Assembly (NCBI RefSeq): GCF_030684315.1
Contig: NC_081359.1
Coordinates: 88,382,838 to 88,446,837, forward strand
Reading direction: 5' to 3'
DNA length: 64,000 bases
DNA from: Stegostoma tigrinum
Taxonomy: Eukaryota
Position numbers and translations under genes: made by a program. Each line of letters opens with the position of its first letter. Within the stretch, counting starts at the first letter, position 1. The notes beneath the pieces are model-generated. The model was not told where the DNA came from. It did not search any database and saw nothing but the letters and a program-made list of their open reading frames with translations. Positions 14,390 to 27,654 of this stretch are shown here, piece after piece.

Positions 14390-15430
14390 TTTACCTCTCA
14401 AGCCTGGTCACAGTCACCAGAATTGCCCTGTTCCCACATTGTTACCAATCTTTCCATCCCCATTTCCATTTCTCTTCTCCATGCTATCCACACCCCTGGA
14501 CATCACCTCAAAATACAACATTATGTCAACATTTGTGCAACAAAAATGCAGATGACACCCAGCTCCACCTCACCATCACCTCTTGAAATCACTCCACTGT
14601 TTCTGATGTGTTATACTGCTTTCCCTGCAGTTCTCAATGCGCAGCTATTTCGTCAAATTAACTATTGCAAAATCAAAACTACCTTCTTTGTTTCAAGCCA
14701 CAAATTTTGTTCCTAATTTCATTTCTCTCCCGGGCAAACATCTGATGCTGAAACTGACCATTTACAACCTTGCTATTGTATTTGACTCAGAGGTTAAGTT
14801 CCAAGACCACATGCTTCTCTCTCCATCCCTTGTCTCCCTTCATCCGTTGCTGAAACCCTAGTCCAGGTCTCTGTTACATGTGGTAATGCCTTGAATTTCT
14901 CCTCAATGGCCTTCTCTTTTTCATCAGCACCTCCCATAAATCAGAGATTATCCAAAACTCTACTGCCCACAGTCCAATGCACACCAAGTACCGTTCACTT
15001 ATCAACGTTGTGTTCACTGACGTCGACAGGCTCCCAGCCAGGTAATATATTGAATTTAAAAATCTTGCGCCTGTTTTCAAAATTTTTAAATGGCCTCACC
15101 CCTACTTGAGTCCTGCAACCTTTCAAAATCTCTTCACTCTTGCAATTTTGAATATCCCTGACCGCAAATGATCCAACATTGGTGGTGATACTTCCTTTTG
15201 GCTGAACTCCCCTCACTAAGTGTTTCCCCTCACTCTCCCCTTCTTTGAGAAGTTTCTCAAAAGCAACTTCTTTGACCAAGCATTTGGCCACTTTTTCTCG
15301 TACTGCGATTTGCATTCTTGGTGTCAAATATTATCTGCTAATGCTCATTGGAACATTTTACTGTGTTGAAAGGTACTATAAAAATATGAGTTGCTGTCGA
15401 CGCACAATCTTTGAAAAGTATCAGTAATTT
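14390..15430 (+). mobile_element. Decayed L2-like LINE
   Basis: ADDTQLHL (YADD region) near 14549 and L2-type C-terminal remnants. Confidence 0.6.
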
Positions 15431-15479
15431 GATAAAATGTTGGAACAAATAACATCAAAATTATTTCCAAGAAACTTAC

Positions 15480-15548
15480 ATGCTTTTTATGGTCTCTCCA
15501 TAGTAGTCTGTGTGTACTAAGAAGAAGTGTCCCTAAGTCAAATTTTGC
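15480..15548 (-). CDS. VPS36: VPS36 coding exon 2
   Basis: AKFDLGTLLLSTHRLLWRDHKKH; CAG acceptor, GTAAGT donor; 69 nt. Confidence 0.96.
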
Positions 15549-16389
15549 CTGCAATAGACAAATTACATCTAATGAAATTACATCAACAGATACAGTTTCC
15601 ACAATGCCAGAAGATCTTCAATGGTACTGTTCATTACAAGTAATAAGTTTTATAAGAGTAAAAGACAAAAAAAGGCAAAGTAAATTGCACTGGCAATATT
15701 ACTCCAGAACCTGGCAATAAAGGAATGGGATTTACAAGTAGATGGGTTCACAGCGCATGGGAGGCTGCTTCCATGTTTTATATTTTTAAAAGCTCACAGA
15801 AGATCTTGAAGAAATGTTTAACTGAACATATATCATCAAAATTGATGACAGTTAAGAGAGAATTCATATTTTTAGTCAATGCTGAGTCCCCTTTTTAAAG
15901 GATCCCCCCAAAAAAACGTATTTTGTGATTCTCATTGCTGTCTCTCAAATGATATCATCTATCACTATTCACACATTTTCCTTGTTGTGTTGAGGCATTT
16001 AAATCCGAAAAGCACATTTATACAAATACAATAATTGCTTAAAATAAAATCTTTGAAAACTGTTTATTTCAGGCCTGTTGGGAAAACGTAATGAAGCTCT
16101 CAAATCTTCATAGAAAGTGGGAATATACCCTTCCAACCTACAATTTCAAAAGGGACCTTCAAAGATAGCATTTGTTCAGAATATGTAGGTTAAACTGAAA
16201 GCTTTTGCTTAACTGTTGACAATCAAATATTCAGTTAAAGTCCTGGGCTTTTCAAACTGACTGAGGCCTGAATAAAAAGCGGCAAAAGTAAATCCAACAG
16301 ATAAATTATACAATTTTATTATGAAATAGGTATTTTTCAAATTAATTTTGTTTACCTTCTCCATTTGGAAATAGAAATTTCAGGTAACA

Positions 16390-16735
16390 GAAACATAGAA
16401 TACAGGAGCATGTTAGGCCATGCAGCACTTCAAGCCTGCTCTTACACTCAATATTACAGTGATCATCCAACTCAGTAGTGTACCTGTTTTCTCCCCACAT
16501 CATTTCATCTATTTAGTCCTAAGAATTACTCCTACAACTTTCTTGAAAGCCTAAAAAGTTTTGGCCTCAACAGTTTTCTATGGCTGAGAATTCCACAGGT
16601 TCACCACTCTCTAGGTAAAGAAAATGGTTTACCCAATATCCTGAGACTGTGACTGCTGGTTATGAACTCCCTGATCATCAGGAACATGCTGCCTGCATCT
16701 ACCCTGTCTAATCCTGGTAGAATTTTATAGGTTTT
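16390..16735 (-). mobile_element. Older CR1 3' fragment (continues at ~17550-17580)
   Basis: CR1-type 3' UTR (CATAGAA...GGAGCA..TAGGCCAT) and GAATTCCACAGGTTCACCACTCT. Confidence 0.7.
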
Positions 16736-16827
16736 ATTTTTTAAAACCTATATTCTAATCAACTTGTTCAGTGATGTTATTACAAACTCCTGGAACAGAT
16801 GGGACTTGAACCTAGGTCTCCTGGTTC

Positions 16828-17498
16828 ATAAGAACTAGGAGCAGGAGTAGGCCAGCTGGCCCCTTCAGCCTGCCCCACCATTCAATAAGAACATGGCTGA
16901 TCTTTTTGAGGCTCAGCTCCATTAACTGGCCCGCTCGCCATAACCCTTAATTCCTTCACTGTTCAAAAAGGTATCTAGCCTTGCCTTAAAAACATTCAGT
17001 GAGGTAGGTTCAACTGCTTCACTGTGCAGGGAATTCCATAGATTCACACCCTTTGGGTGAAGAACTTCCTCTTGACCTCAGTCCTACATCTGCTTCCCTT
17101 TATCTTGAGGCAATGCCCTCTAGTCCTAGTTTCACCTGCTAGCGCAAACAACCTCCCTGTCTCCACCTCATCTATTCCCTTCATAATCTTATATGTTTCT
17201 TGAAGATCTCCCCTCATTCTTCTGAATTCCAATGAGTATAATCCCAGTCTACTCAGTCTCTCCTCATAATCCAACCCTCTCAACTCTGGAATCAAATGAG
17301 TGAATCTCCTTTGCACCTCCTCCTGTGCTAGTATATCCCTCCTCAAGTAAGGAGACCAAAACTGCACACAGTACTCCAGTGTGGCCTCACTAGTACCTAT
17401 AAAGCTGCAGCATAGGCTCCCTGTTTTTAAACTCCATCCCTCTAGCAATGACATTGTCTTTTTAAATACCTGCTGCACCTGCAATCCCACTTTTCGTG
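16828..17498 (-). mobile_element. CR1 LINE 3' fragment
   Basis: LEYCVQFWSPYLRRDI...VQRRFT...LGLYSLEFRRMRGDL...TRGH is the CR1 ORF2 C-terminus; 3' UTR present. Confidence 0.9.
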
Positions 17499-17642
17499 CT
17501 TCAGGGGTATGGACAGTGCTATTGTGCCACAAGAGCCTTTTTATAAGTTTGAATGAGGTCCATTCTCATTTTTCTAAACGAAATGTAATGAAATAGTAAG
17601 TCAAAATATTTATTCATACCTAAGCTGCGAATGCTGTTCCTA

Positions 17643-17660
17643 GATGCCACCTGGTGGCCA
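17643..17660 (-). promoter_or_regulatory. Candidate CTCF site
   Basis: Minus strand TGGCCACCAGGTGGCATC matches the CTCF core consensus. Confidence 0.5.
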
Positions 17661-18319
17661 AAGTGTAGAGTATTCTTTCACAGGAATGGCAAAATCTTAT
17701 TAGAAAGCTTGGGGTGGGCATTACTAGGTCTAGATACAATTAATATTGAAAAAAAAAGGCAGGCTTGACAATACCACTGAATTATGACAGGGGATGTATT
17801 TTTAAACTTTCAATAAATGAAAACACTAATTTTAGGACAGAAAATCATGAGGGTAACAAGCGTTTTTAAAATATAATTTTACAAAAAGAACTATTTTTAA
17901 GTAGAACAGCTAAGAGAGTGATTCCCATTTTATCTGGCAAGGTGCCATGCACAGGCATATTTTTTCCCCTCAGGATGGGAGAATACATATATCCATGCTA
18001 GCTGTCACCAGTGGACATTCCTTTATTCTTCTACATGCTTAACGCACCATATACTGAGATCTAGCAGCAAGCTATATTTTACAACTCTAACAATAAACAG
18101 TGATTGGTGAAAGAGAAGACAAACATATGATTCCAAGGCAGAGACTGTTCTTGTAAAAACTACTTTGTTTTGAATCCTTATGTAGGCTACAGTCAGAGGT
18201 GCAATGCCTAGGAAGGCATGAAGTACTATTGCTGTAAAGTAACGACCAGGAATAAAGGATCTATCCAACTGTTTCTTTTAAATAACATTACTACTTTGAT
18301 CATTGATGATGATAAAATA

Positions 18320-18885
18320 TTTTGTCAAAGCTTTTCAACTTGCACATGATAACAATCTGTAAGAATGTCAATTAAAGAGAAATAATTTATACTGCATGAA
18401 AGGAGAGTGCTGATTGGTTGACAAGTCCATTTAGTTTCAATTCAGCATCCAATATTAGATGTGATTCTGCAACTGAACTATTACAGACAAGCTTGAGTGT
18501 GTAAAGAATTAGGGATTTAGCAATTTTGAAGTTGTCAGTGGGGCTCACGGTATGCTGCACTTGTGTGTACATGAAACCACATATTAATATACTGGGTCCT
18601 ACTCTTTGCATACAAAATGAACATGTAATGAGCTTGTTTCAACTCAACAAGGTAGGTGGCAACCATTTGCTGACTCGTGTGTCAGGGAAATTTCTCAGGA
18701 TAAAATTTAATCAAAGCCTAGCAGTTAACTGTCAGTCATCACTATCTGGTGTATTTCTCCATGGCAACACCTCTCCAATCAGAATCTTTTTGCCAACCAA
18801 CCGTTTCCCTTTCATGTAGCAAAAATGCTGGTTTTCCCAATGAATTGGTATTCTTGTGAATTCTCCCGAAGACAAAATGGAAAGC
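18320..18885. mobile_element. Decayed family-D-like PLE remnant
   Basis: CATGGCAACACCTCTCCAATCAG tail motif and ILGPTLCIQNEHV, similar to other family-D ends; inverted tail piece at ~18320-18430. Confidence 0.4.
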
Positions 18886-18887
18886 TT

Positions 18888-19231
18888 TCATAGAATCCCC
18901 TACAGTGCAGAGGGGGGCCATTTGGTCCAACGAGTCCACACCAACCCTCCAAAGAGCATACCACCCAGACCCACCCCTCTATGCTATCTCCATAATGTTA
19001 CATTTCCCATGGTTAACCCATCTACCCTACACATTGTTGGGCACTGTGGCATGGCCAATCTACATAACCTGCACATCTCTGTACTGTGGGTGGAAACCGG
19101 AGCACCTGCAAGAAACCCATGCAGAGTGGAGAGAATTTACAAACTCCACACAGACAGCCGTGCAACGCTGGAATCAAACCTGGGTCCCTCATGCTGTGAA
19201 GCAACAGTGCTAACCACCGAGACACTGTCTC
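18888..19231 (-). mobile_element. HE1-like tRNA-derived SINE
   Basis: Pol III A/B boxes (GGTGGTTAGC, GGTTTGATTCC), V-domain-like core, CR1-like tail. Confidence 0.8.
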
Positions 19232-20386
19232 ATTTATTTTAAGCAATGGTCAATTTCCATACTGCCAAATAACTGCTGTTATTTTGCTTTCTTTACCTTT
19301 CTGGGGTAAATTGGCTCCCCTGTCCTGGATATTGAAGTAAGCTAAATTTAAGGTATTTAGTTATGCATCACCTAACTCAAGAAAGATAGTCCTTATCCCA
19401 AATTCCAATGTATTTTCCTATTTTCACAAACACATTAAGACCCCTTTAAATACAAAATTATGTGTCCTTCACAAAACACCTTTCTGTCAGAAAATCTAAG
19501 TGATTTATTCTAGAGTTCCTGGACTCTTTTTGTTGCAACTAACACACCTAACATCTAAGATCAGTGCAAAGTAATCTTCTAGCTACTGACTTAGATGAGG
19601 CAATCCCATTACTGCCTCTAAGGCCAGCATCAGTATTCATCCTTCCCACTAATAGAAAAGCATGGTAACTAGCAATGGTGTTTATTGGTTTCTATCATAT
19701 TAAAAACTAGATCTAGGGAAAGTGACCACATAAGAATGCACTCTAAAAGATATTCAAAGTGTTGATTCTAGCTCCTGAGGATTGATGGCACAAGTGCTGA
19801 ACTCCATGGGGAACCGGCCACCAGCACTGGCACATTAGCAATTAGTGAGGGTATAGCATACAAAATGCAACCAGGGTTTGAGCACATCTGTAATGATATT
19901 GAGAGAGAAACAGAGAGAGAACGTGCCTAACTTGTGCTGTCACTTTTGGCTTTGCAAAAGGGTGAACCATGGACGAATTGCCTCATCATGCCTAGAGGTC
20001 TAACCAAATCTGGCAACTTCAGCCCTATCCTTTCATGGACTGGAGGTCAACAAAAAAACTTCCTAATTGGTGCCAGTGACACCACCACCCATTACATTTC
20101 CAGCAAAGATGCTGTAGTGCTGTGCCAATGAGCCCCTTTTCGATGGTAATAAATGCAGATTTAATTGAAAAGAAGATGACACTAAATGTTATGTGAAATG
20201 TGTTTTGTTTTTAATGTAAGAATCAGGCCTCCCCTGAAAGTGCGAACATAACAGTGTTAATAGCCTCTCCATCTCATTCCCCACTGTCACAGCTCCAGCT
20301 AAGGCTGCAGACACTGAGTTACCAAAGGGCCTGACTCTGCCTGAGACTCGGCTCCAGGCCCTGAACCCAGCTCGGTTCACTTTTAC

Positions 20387-20482
20387 CTTGTCGTCACCAT
20401 CGTACAAGCGGACTCCGCGCTGCTGTATCACCAGGGTCTCGTTAATCTCCAAGAGTCCGCTCGCCCACACGAACCGATCCAT
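20387..20482 (-). CDS. VPS36: VPS36 (ESCRT-II subunit) coding exon 1, start of GLUE domain
   Basis: [32 protein letters not shown] closely matches the recalled vertebrate VPS36 N-terminus; ATG at 20482; donor GTAAAA after 20387; 96 nt, phase 0. Confidence 0.97.
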
Positions 20483-20560
20483 CCCCGGCCCCCGGAACTG
20501 GAGCGACCAAACACCGGCTCACTTCCGGCAGCCGCGACACCCCCATCTATTGGACACTCC
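20483..20560 (-). promoter_or_regulatory. VPS36 5' UTR and proximal promoter, CpG-rich, with ETS (GABP/ELK-type) motif
   Basis: Local CpG enrichment around exon 1; CCGGAAGT on the minus strand at 20521-20528. Confidence 0.6.
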
Positions 20561-21138
20561 ACCTTACTGCAGCAGCCCCACAGTGCTAGTCACTGGAATC
20601 CCAGCACAACCTCCAGAGTTGTGTAATAATACCTTTCAGCTGATTGTTTAGAAAATGTCTACACCACTTACCCTAATTTGTTCCATTTTAAATATAATCT
20701 TTTTCTATTTTCCTGAAAACAGAAGGCTGATGGGTGATCCAACAGAGGTCTTTAAAGTGATTAAAGACATTTAAGAGAGCATTGGATGTGCAAGGGTACG
20801 GGGGAAAGCAGGAGATTGGCACCAGGCAACGCTTGTTTGAAGAGCCGGCGATGGCACTGATGGGCTGAGTGGCTTCTTTCTGCACTGTAACAATTCTGTT
20901 ATTCTGTTTTGGTGGAGAGGGCGTATAAAGAATGTTCCATTTGCTGGATGTTGGCCAAGTAGCAATTTTGCTCAGTTTCATGAAGAGTTCCTTCCGTGAG
21001 ACTTAGTGAGATTTCTCATGCTATTTTCTGAAACACACCTTAATACATACAAACAATATTCTAACGACACCCAGTTCATATCTTCCCTCTACCATCATAC
21101 TCACCACTGTTGGGACATGCTGAGATTCCCAATACTGG

Positions 21139-21888
21139 GAATTGGGGAAATTGGGGAAACCAAGCGGAGGCTTGGGGACCGCTTTGCAGAACACCTCCAC
21201 TCGGTTCGCAATAAACAACTGCACGTCCCAGTCGCAAACCATTTCCACGCCCCCTCCCATTCTTTAGATGACATGTCCATCATGGGCCTCCTGCAGTACC
21301 ACAATGATGCCACCTGAAGGTTGCAGGAACAGCAACTCATATTCCGCCTGGGAACCCTGCAGCCTAATGATATCAATGTGGACTTCACCAGCTTCAAAAT
21401 CTCCCCTTCCCCCACCGCATCCCAAAACCAGCCCAGTTCGTTCCCTCCCCCCACTGCACCACACAGCCAGCCCAGCTCTTCCCCCCCCACCCACTGCATC
21501 CCAAAACCAGTCCAGCCTGTCTCTGCCTCCCTAACCTGTTCTTCTTCTCACCCATCCCTTCCTCCCACCCCAAGCCGCATCTCCATCTCCTACCTACTAA
21601 CCTCATCCCACCTCCTTGACCAGTCCGTCTTCCCTGGACTGACCTATCCCCTCCCTACCTCCCCACCTATACTCTCTCCACCTATCTTCTTTTCTCTCCA
21701 TCTTCGGTCCGCCTCCCCCTCTGTCCCTATTTATTCCAGTTCCCTCTCCCCATCCCCCTCTCTGATGAAGGGTCTAGGCCCGAAACATCAGCTTTTGTTC
21801 TCCTGAGATGCTGCTTGGCCTGCTGTGTTCATCCAGCCTCACATTTTATTATCTTGGATTCTCCAGCATCTGCAGTTCCCATTATCAC
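21139..21888 (+). mobile_element. 5'-truncated Penelope-like element, family A (GIY-YIG C-terminus plus pLTR)
   Basis: IGETKRRLGDRFAEHLHSVR...EQQLIFRLGTLQP; pyrimidine-rich pLTR with hammerhead core; 13-bp TSD TTCCCAATACTGG at 21126-21138 and 21889-21901. Confidence 0.88.
21762..21789 (+). ncRNA. Hammerhead core variant (AUC triplet)
   Basis: CTGATGAAGGGTCTAGGCCCGAAACATC; G>A breaks the ACGT palindrome. Confidence 0.6.
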
Positions 21889-24212
21889 TTCCCAATACTG
21901 GTACCATTTTTAAATGCCGTTGTGCAACATGCCAAGTAAATCCAAAGCTGCCTTGCACAGTTTCTGAAAATTGTTCTACATATGTCAAGCAGAAGAAAAA
22001 CTGGCAACACACATTGTTAATTAGGACCTCAGGACTAATAGAAGAGGCCACAGCATCAGATTTTGCCAGCCTAGTCTAAGGTTACCACATAGGTTAGTGC
22101 GATTTCTACAATCTAAAGGAATGCACAGCAATGTTGTAACAAAAAATAGGTCAATGACCATATCCACATTGAGAGAGTAATCTTTCTGAAGTGTACTGAA
22201 GGTCACTGTACCCGAAACACTGACATTAGCTTTCTCGCCACAAATTCTGCCAAACCTACTGAGTTTCTCCAACTACATATTTTTGCTTCAGATTTCCAGC
22301 ATCAGCATTTCTTTGTTTTTTTGGCCAACGTCTTTTCTCTGCTACTTCCCACCTTCTTTATCTTTGCTATCGCACTCACCTCTAACCAAGCTGACTCTCA
22401 CTACGACAAGCAACCTTGCTCTCAGCCACCTAATCCTCCCACCCATGCACTACCTACTCAGCCGTTCGATACCTTGCCATCTTTTGCCCCCCTCCACCAA
22501 CGCTAGCTGTGCCAGCCTCTTACTCAATTCCTCCATACCAATCATTCTTAGAGAAAATGGCCCACATTTAGGGTGGAAAGAATCAAATTGGGTGGTGGGG
22601 AGCCTGACATGCCCTAGACGTTGCTGGTGAGGACCATTCCTGTGGTTTTGCCTAAATCTCCAAGTCCCACAACCAAGTAAGATTCATTGTCCATGCTGTG
22701 CTGTTCTCCCATTACCTTCACTATGAATGTACTCTTAACAAACCTGAATTTCTACCCTTTTTTAGCAACACGTTCTTTCTCTTGTCACCCCAGGGACCAA
22801 TGACATTTTGCACAGACCCCGCCATCCGGAAAGTGGACTGCAAAACATTTCATCCTCTGTCTCCTAGGAAAAAGCCCTCAGAGGATGCTCAAACACAGCT
22901 GCCTCTCACACCCTCCAACAGCTCAGACACTGACAGCTTGGTATGTATTTTATCTAAATTAGAGTCAGGAACTCTTGCTGGTCAATACACATCACTGCCA
23001 CATCTCCACAACTGATCTTGAAAGAAATGCCCCGGCCTCATTACCAAGCACAGGATTGGCATAGATCAGGAACATGCTCAGGCCAGACAGGAGAGGACCT
23101 GTTGAGTTTTGGAAATTAAGAACTTTAAAATGCACACACAAATACGGGAACAGCAGGTTAATTAGAGGCACTGGGAAATTGACTCAAAAGTTGAAGGACT
23201 CCACTAGTGCTAATTGTACTGTGCTGCTTCTGGCATGCAAGCAGCCAGAAATCTCTACGGACAGGCTGGTGACAGCTATGGAGAGCCAGGTCCAGCACAC
23301 ACAGTGTCTGCTGAATACACACCCAGATCTGCAATCCATAGCTGTAACCATTGGTACTCAGCACTGGTTGTACTGGATCCACAGGACTCGATATGACTTA
23401 ATGCCTGGACTGTAGAGGTACAAACACCCCCTGACCCTGACCACGCCAAGCGGCGGACAAACTGTGCCCAAGTCTCTAGACAGACATTGGAATCGTCTCT
23501 CGACTTACTGTGCCAGGATCCCCTGACTCTAGGGTTTCTCCCTTGATTGACTGAGGTACTAGTTGGACCAAAGAGTCTGTTTCCATGCTGTATGACTCTA
23601 TGACTATTCCTGTTACTCTCTGAGACTTGCCCATTTAGTAGAAGCACATGCAGATTGTTTGCTAGGTATGATGCTGGCTCATGGTGCAGGTGTGAAATTG
23701 ACATAGCGTGGTACCACACAGCAAGATGTCCACCTTCCTGATTGATCATTACTGACAACCATGCCAATTTGCTTTGCTTTTGGCAGCGCTAAACGTCAGG
23801 ACAAGACAGAAATACAATAATATTAACTTTTAAGCTCTGGCCAAAGAAGAAAAATACAAAAAGGCAAGGCAAGGCAGAGATGTTGTGAGCATTCATGTAC
23901 TACTAACAACAGGTGAAGAGCCCCAAGTTACACCCTAGTGAAATCCATGAGCTGGTGCCTGTCTCTGCGCACAAAGTATCCTTGCAGCAGCATTCCAATG
24001 CAAGTTCTTGGTGTGCTCCAAATTACAGCATTGAAGTGCAGAATTGTATTGAAAGTGGGTTGAAGATGTGCCATGACGTGCAGTGAGGCTGGTAACATGG
24101 CAATATCTGTGGATGGGCGTGGGTTTGGTAAGCTCACTGCCCAGGGACTGCATCGTAAGATATTGGTGAGGAACTCACTAGGGGATAGCTGAAACAAAGA
24201 GTATCAATGCTT

Positions 24213-24535
24213 GGGTGGCACAGTGACTCATTGGTTAGCACTGCAGCCTCACAGCACCAGGGGCCCGAGTTCAACTCCTTCTCAGGCAACTGTCTGTGTG
24301 GAGTTTGCACATTGACCCTGTATTTGCATGCGTTTCATCCAAGTGCTCCGGTTTCCTCCCACAGTCCAAAGATGTGCAGGCTAGGTGGATTGGCCATGCT
24401 AAATTGCCCATAGTGTCCAGGGATGTGTAGATTAGGTAGGTTTAGGGAATGAGAATGGGTGGGATGCTATGAGGGTTGGTGTGGACTTGTTCAGCCCAAG
24501 GGCTTGTTTCCCTAGGTATGCTATGGACTCTATTC
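24213..24535 (+). mobile_element. HE1-like SINE
   Basis: GGGTGGCACAGTG..TGGTTAGCACTGCAGCCTCACAGC...GTTCAACTCC head with conserved body. Confidence 0.82.
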
Positions 24536-24929
24536 CATGCCTATAAAGGGAAGCTGGACAACCATAGAAAGAACAAGGGATTAGGTAGATAGTATGATAG
24601 ATTCAAATTAGAAAAGTTGGGATGAAGCTTGAATGGAGCTTAAACACTAGTATGACCAAACGGCCTGTTTCTACACCACGTCTTCAATGTAATACCATCC
24701 GATGTAACAGCATACCATCCTGAATAAGTAGACTTTTAGAACACAGTAAAACATCCATTATATATGCCATCCTGTGAATATTCATCCATGATTAAAATAC
24801 AGAAAACTATAATAGTAACAGTACCACAAAGGATTCTTCATTTTTAAAGGCAGAGTTACTGCTTTGTTGAAAGGATAATGCGAATGTACCGACAGTAAAA
24901 GCAGAAATGAAATTAAAGCGTAGAGTTAC

Positions 24930-25810
24930 AAAGTATATGGTTCTGGGATGTGGGAATTATCCAATGAGGAGCAATTGAATAAATCAAGCCTATATTTTCT
25001 GGAATTAGGAAGAATTAGGAAGAATGGAAGGAGATACCAAGATGGGTGGTATAGTGGACAATGAAGAAGGTTATTTAAGATTACAAAGAGATCTTATCAT
25101 TTGGATCAATGGGTTGAAGTGTGGCAGATGGAGTTTAATTTGCATAAATGTGAGGTATTGTGTTTTGGTTACACAAACAAAGGCAGAACTTATACAATTA
25201 AAAGAAAGCTCTGTATAGTGTTATAGAAGAGAACTAGAGGTTCAGCCTTGAATTCTTTGAAGTTTGTATCATATACAGATAGGGTGGTTAAGAAGGTGTT
25301 TAACGTGCTTGCCTTCATTGATCATACATGTTTGGAAGGATATGGTCCAAGCGCCGGCGGGTGGGACTAGTTTAGTTTAGGATTATGATCGGCATGGTTT
25401 GGTTGGACTGAAGGGTTTGTTTCCATGCTATATGACTCTATTACTTCATAAATATCATTGAATCAAAGTTTTGAAGGGGGTTCGTACAATAGGTGACAGA
25501 AGGACATTTACCTGCCTTGGGCTGGGGGCAGGGTTTCTAGAAGGTGTCTCAGACTCAGAAATAAAGGGCATCCATTTCGGACTCTGAACAAGAACTTTCT
25601 CCAGGCAATGTGCTATGAACCTTTGACATTCTCTGTACCAGACAGCTGTATTTGCTCTGCTGAGCACATCCAAGTCAAATATTGATTGCCTTGGTATCCA
25701 AATTCTATCAAGAGAATAATGACAGGAAGTTGATCTGAGGACAAAAATCAGCCATGACGTTATTAGATGCCGGAGCATGGTCTATCAACTTCTTCCATAT
25801 CTTATGATTT
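24930..25810 (+). mobile_element. Nested CR1 fragments
   Basis: DTKMGGIVDNEEGYLRLQRDL (RT end) and CR1-type tail at ~25330-25440, lying inside an older CR1. Confidence 0.7.
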
Positions 25811-27654
25811 TGTTTACATTCTAATGTAATGCTAATGTGTTAATATTGCTTGTTGAGCCTTCATTAATGTGCTGGGTTAGATTTTCAGCCTTGCCACCCG
25901 TTTGTTAAATAACATTTGAATGAGTTGAGGGAAATCTTGCAGAAACTGTCAGATTTTCCTTTTGGTTACATAAATGGTGCAAAAGTCAGGGGTGTCCTGT
26001 TAATGGTGAACATATTTTCTAATTAACCTGCTCAGGAATGTTACCTATTCCCAGGTGTGGAACTTGTACCCAGGGGTTCCCTGTTAATGGTATATGATTG
26101 TTCTGGAAGGATTCCCACCATTGTACTTCACTTGGGCAGATGAGACAAGAATCTAATCAACTTTATCCCATTAAAAATTTTTTAAAAGTTTATGAATGTT
26201 GAAGGATCAAATTAATAATTGTTAAAATTAGCAGGAAAAAATGAAACATTGCTAAAAAGAGACAAGAAGTTGGATTTTTTGACCTTGCACTAATCAGAAT
26301 TAGGTTCAAGAAATATACCATTTTATAAAACGTGAAAAGAGGGTCTGGATTTGTTGGGCCATCATTGGCATGGAGATGCAGCATGAACAGTTAACTATCA
26401 ATCTTAGTTCTCAGATCAGGCAGGTAAGTTCTGATTGGTCAGGGTATTGCCATAGGGATGCAACATTGATCAGCGAGCTCCATGACGCTTAGCTTATTCA
26501 CTAGCATACTACTTAAAGAAGTCATTGACATTTGCATTATTATGTGGCAACTTAAATGTGCTAACAGCATCTGAAAATACATTCAAATTCATGAACTTAG
26601 CACTTGTGCATTCAGATTCAACTACACCATGTGCACATTGCCACAGAATCCGCTCAAGGTCCAACTCTTACTAACATCTTTGTTGGTTACCATGAGAAAT
26701 GCATTTCAGGGAGAATGACCACTAACCTACTCCCTCTTGCAAAACTCTGATATCTATTTGACGCATTTGCAGTACCTGAACATACTGCTGCCCCAAAGAA
26801 TTTCTTTAAACACAGTTTAATAATCTCCATCCTATACTCAAATTTGCTATTAAAATGGAGTAATTAAACTAGCATTGTTTCCTTGATGTATTAGTTGAGA
26901 AATCCACCAATGGGTTCTCAACTATCTACTGAAAGCTTACATTCCACTCACTACAAGATCAGTTTTACGAACAACTTCATGAATAATCACCTAGTCACTT
27001 GCTAGCTTGATGCTGAAATAGGGCATATCAAAACTATCCTGCATGATAACAGTTACCTTGATCAAATCATCACTTTCTCTATATTGTGAAAATTCATGAA
27101 AATGCCTATTTCAACACCTTTTGGCCAAGAGTAGTACCCTAGAAGGGCAAAGCAACCTCAAAAATTAGAGCAGCAGGTGAATCCAGCGGTCTCATGCTTA
27201 TCACCATGCAGTGAACTCACAAATGGTTTTCTCCACTAACAGGATGCTATCATCATTTATTTATATGATAGGCAAAATGATGATTTGAGTTTCATAATAG
27301 GTGTAGTGCCAGGTATTTAGGCCGTATCATTTGCTATGACATGGAGGTGATGGTGTTGGACTGGGATGGACAAGGTCAGAAATCACACGACACCACTCAC
27401 AGTCCAACAGGTTTATTTGAAGACACAAGCTTTTGGAGTTATTGGGGTGTAACAACCACAATCCCTTTGACTATTTGCAGTAGATTGTGTGCCAATCATG
27501 CTCGACCAGCCTGGATGTTATTCTGTGATGGGAAATAAATGATTAACTAATCTGGATAGTGCTAAGAACTACCAAAAGCTAACTTAGGACCATCAACAAG
27601 GCTCGCAGAATGAAATGTTTGTGCATACTAGAAGCTACATATCAATACAAATGA

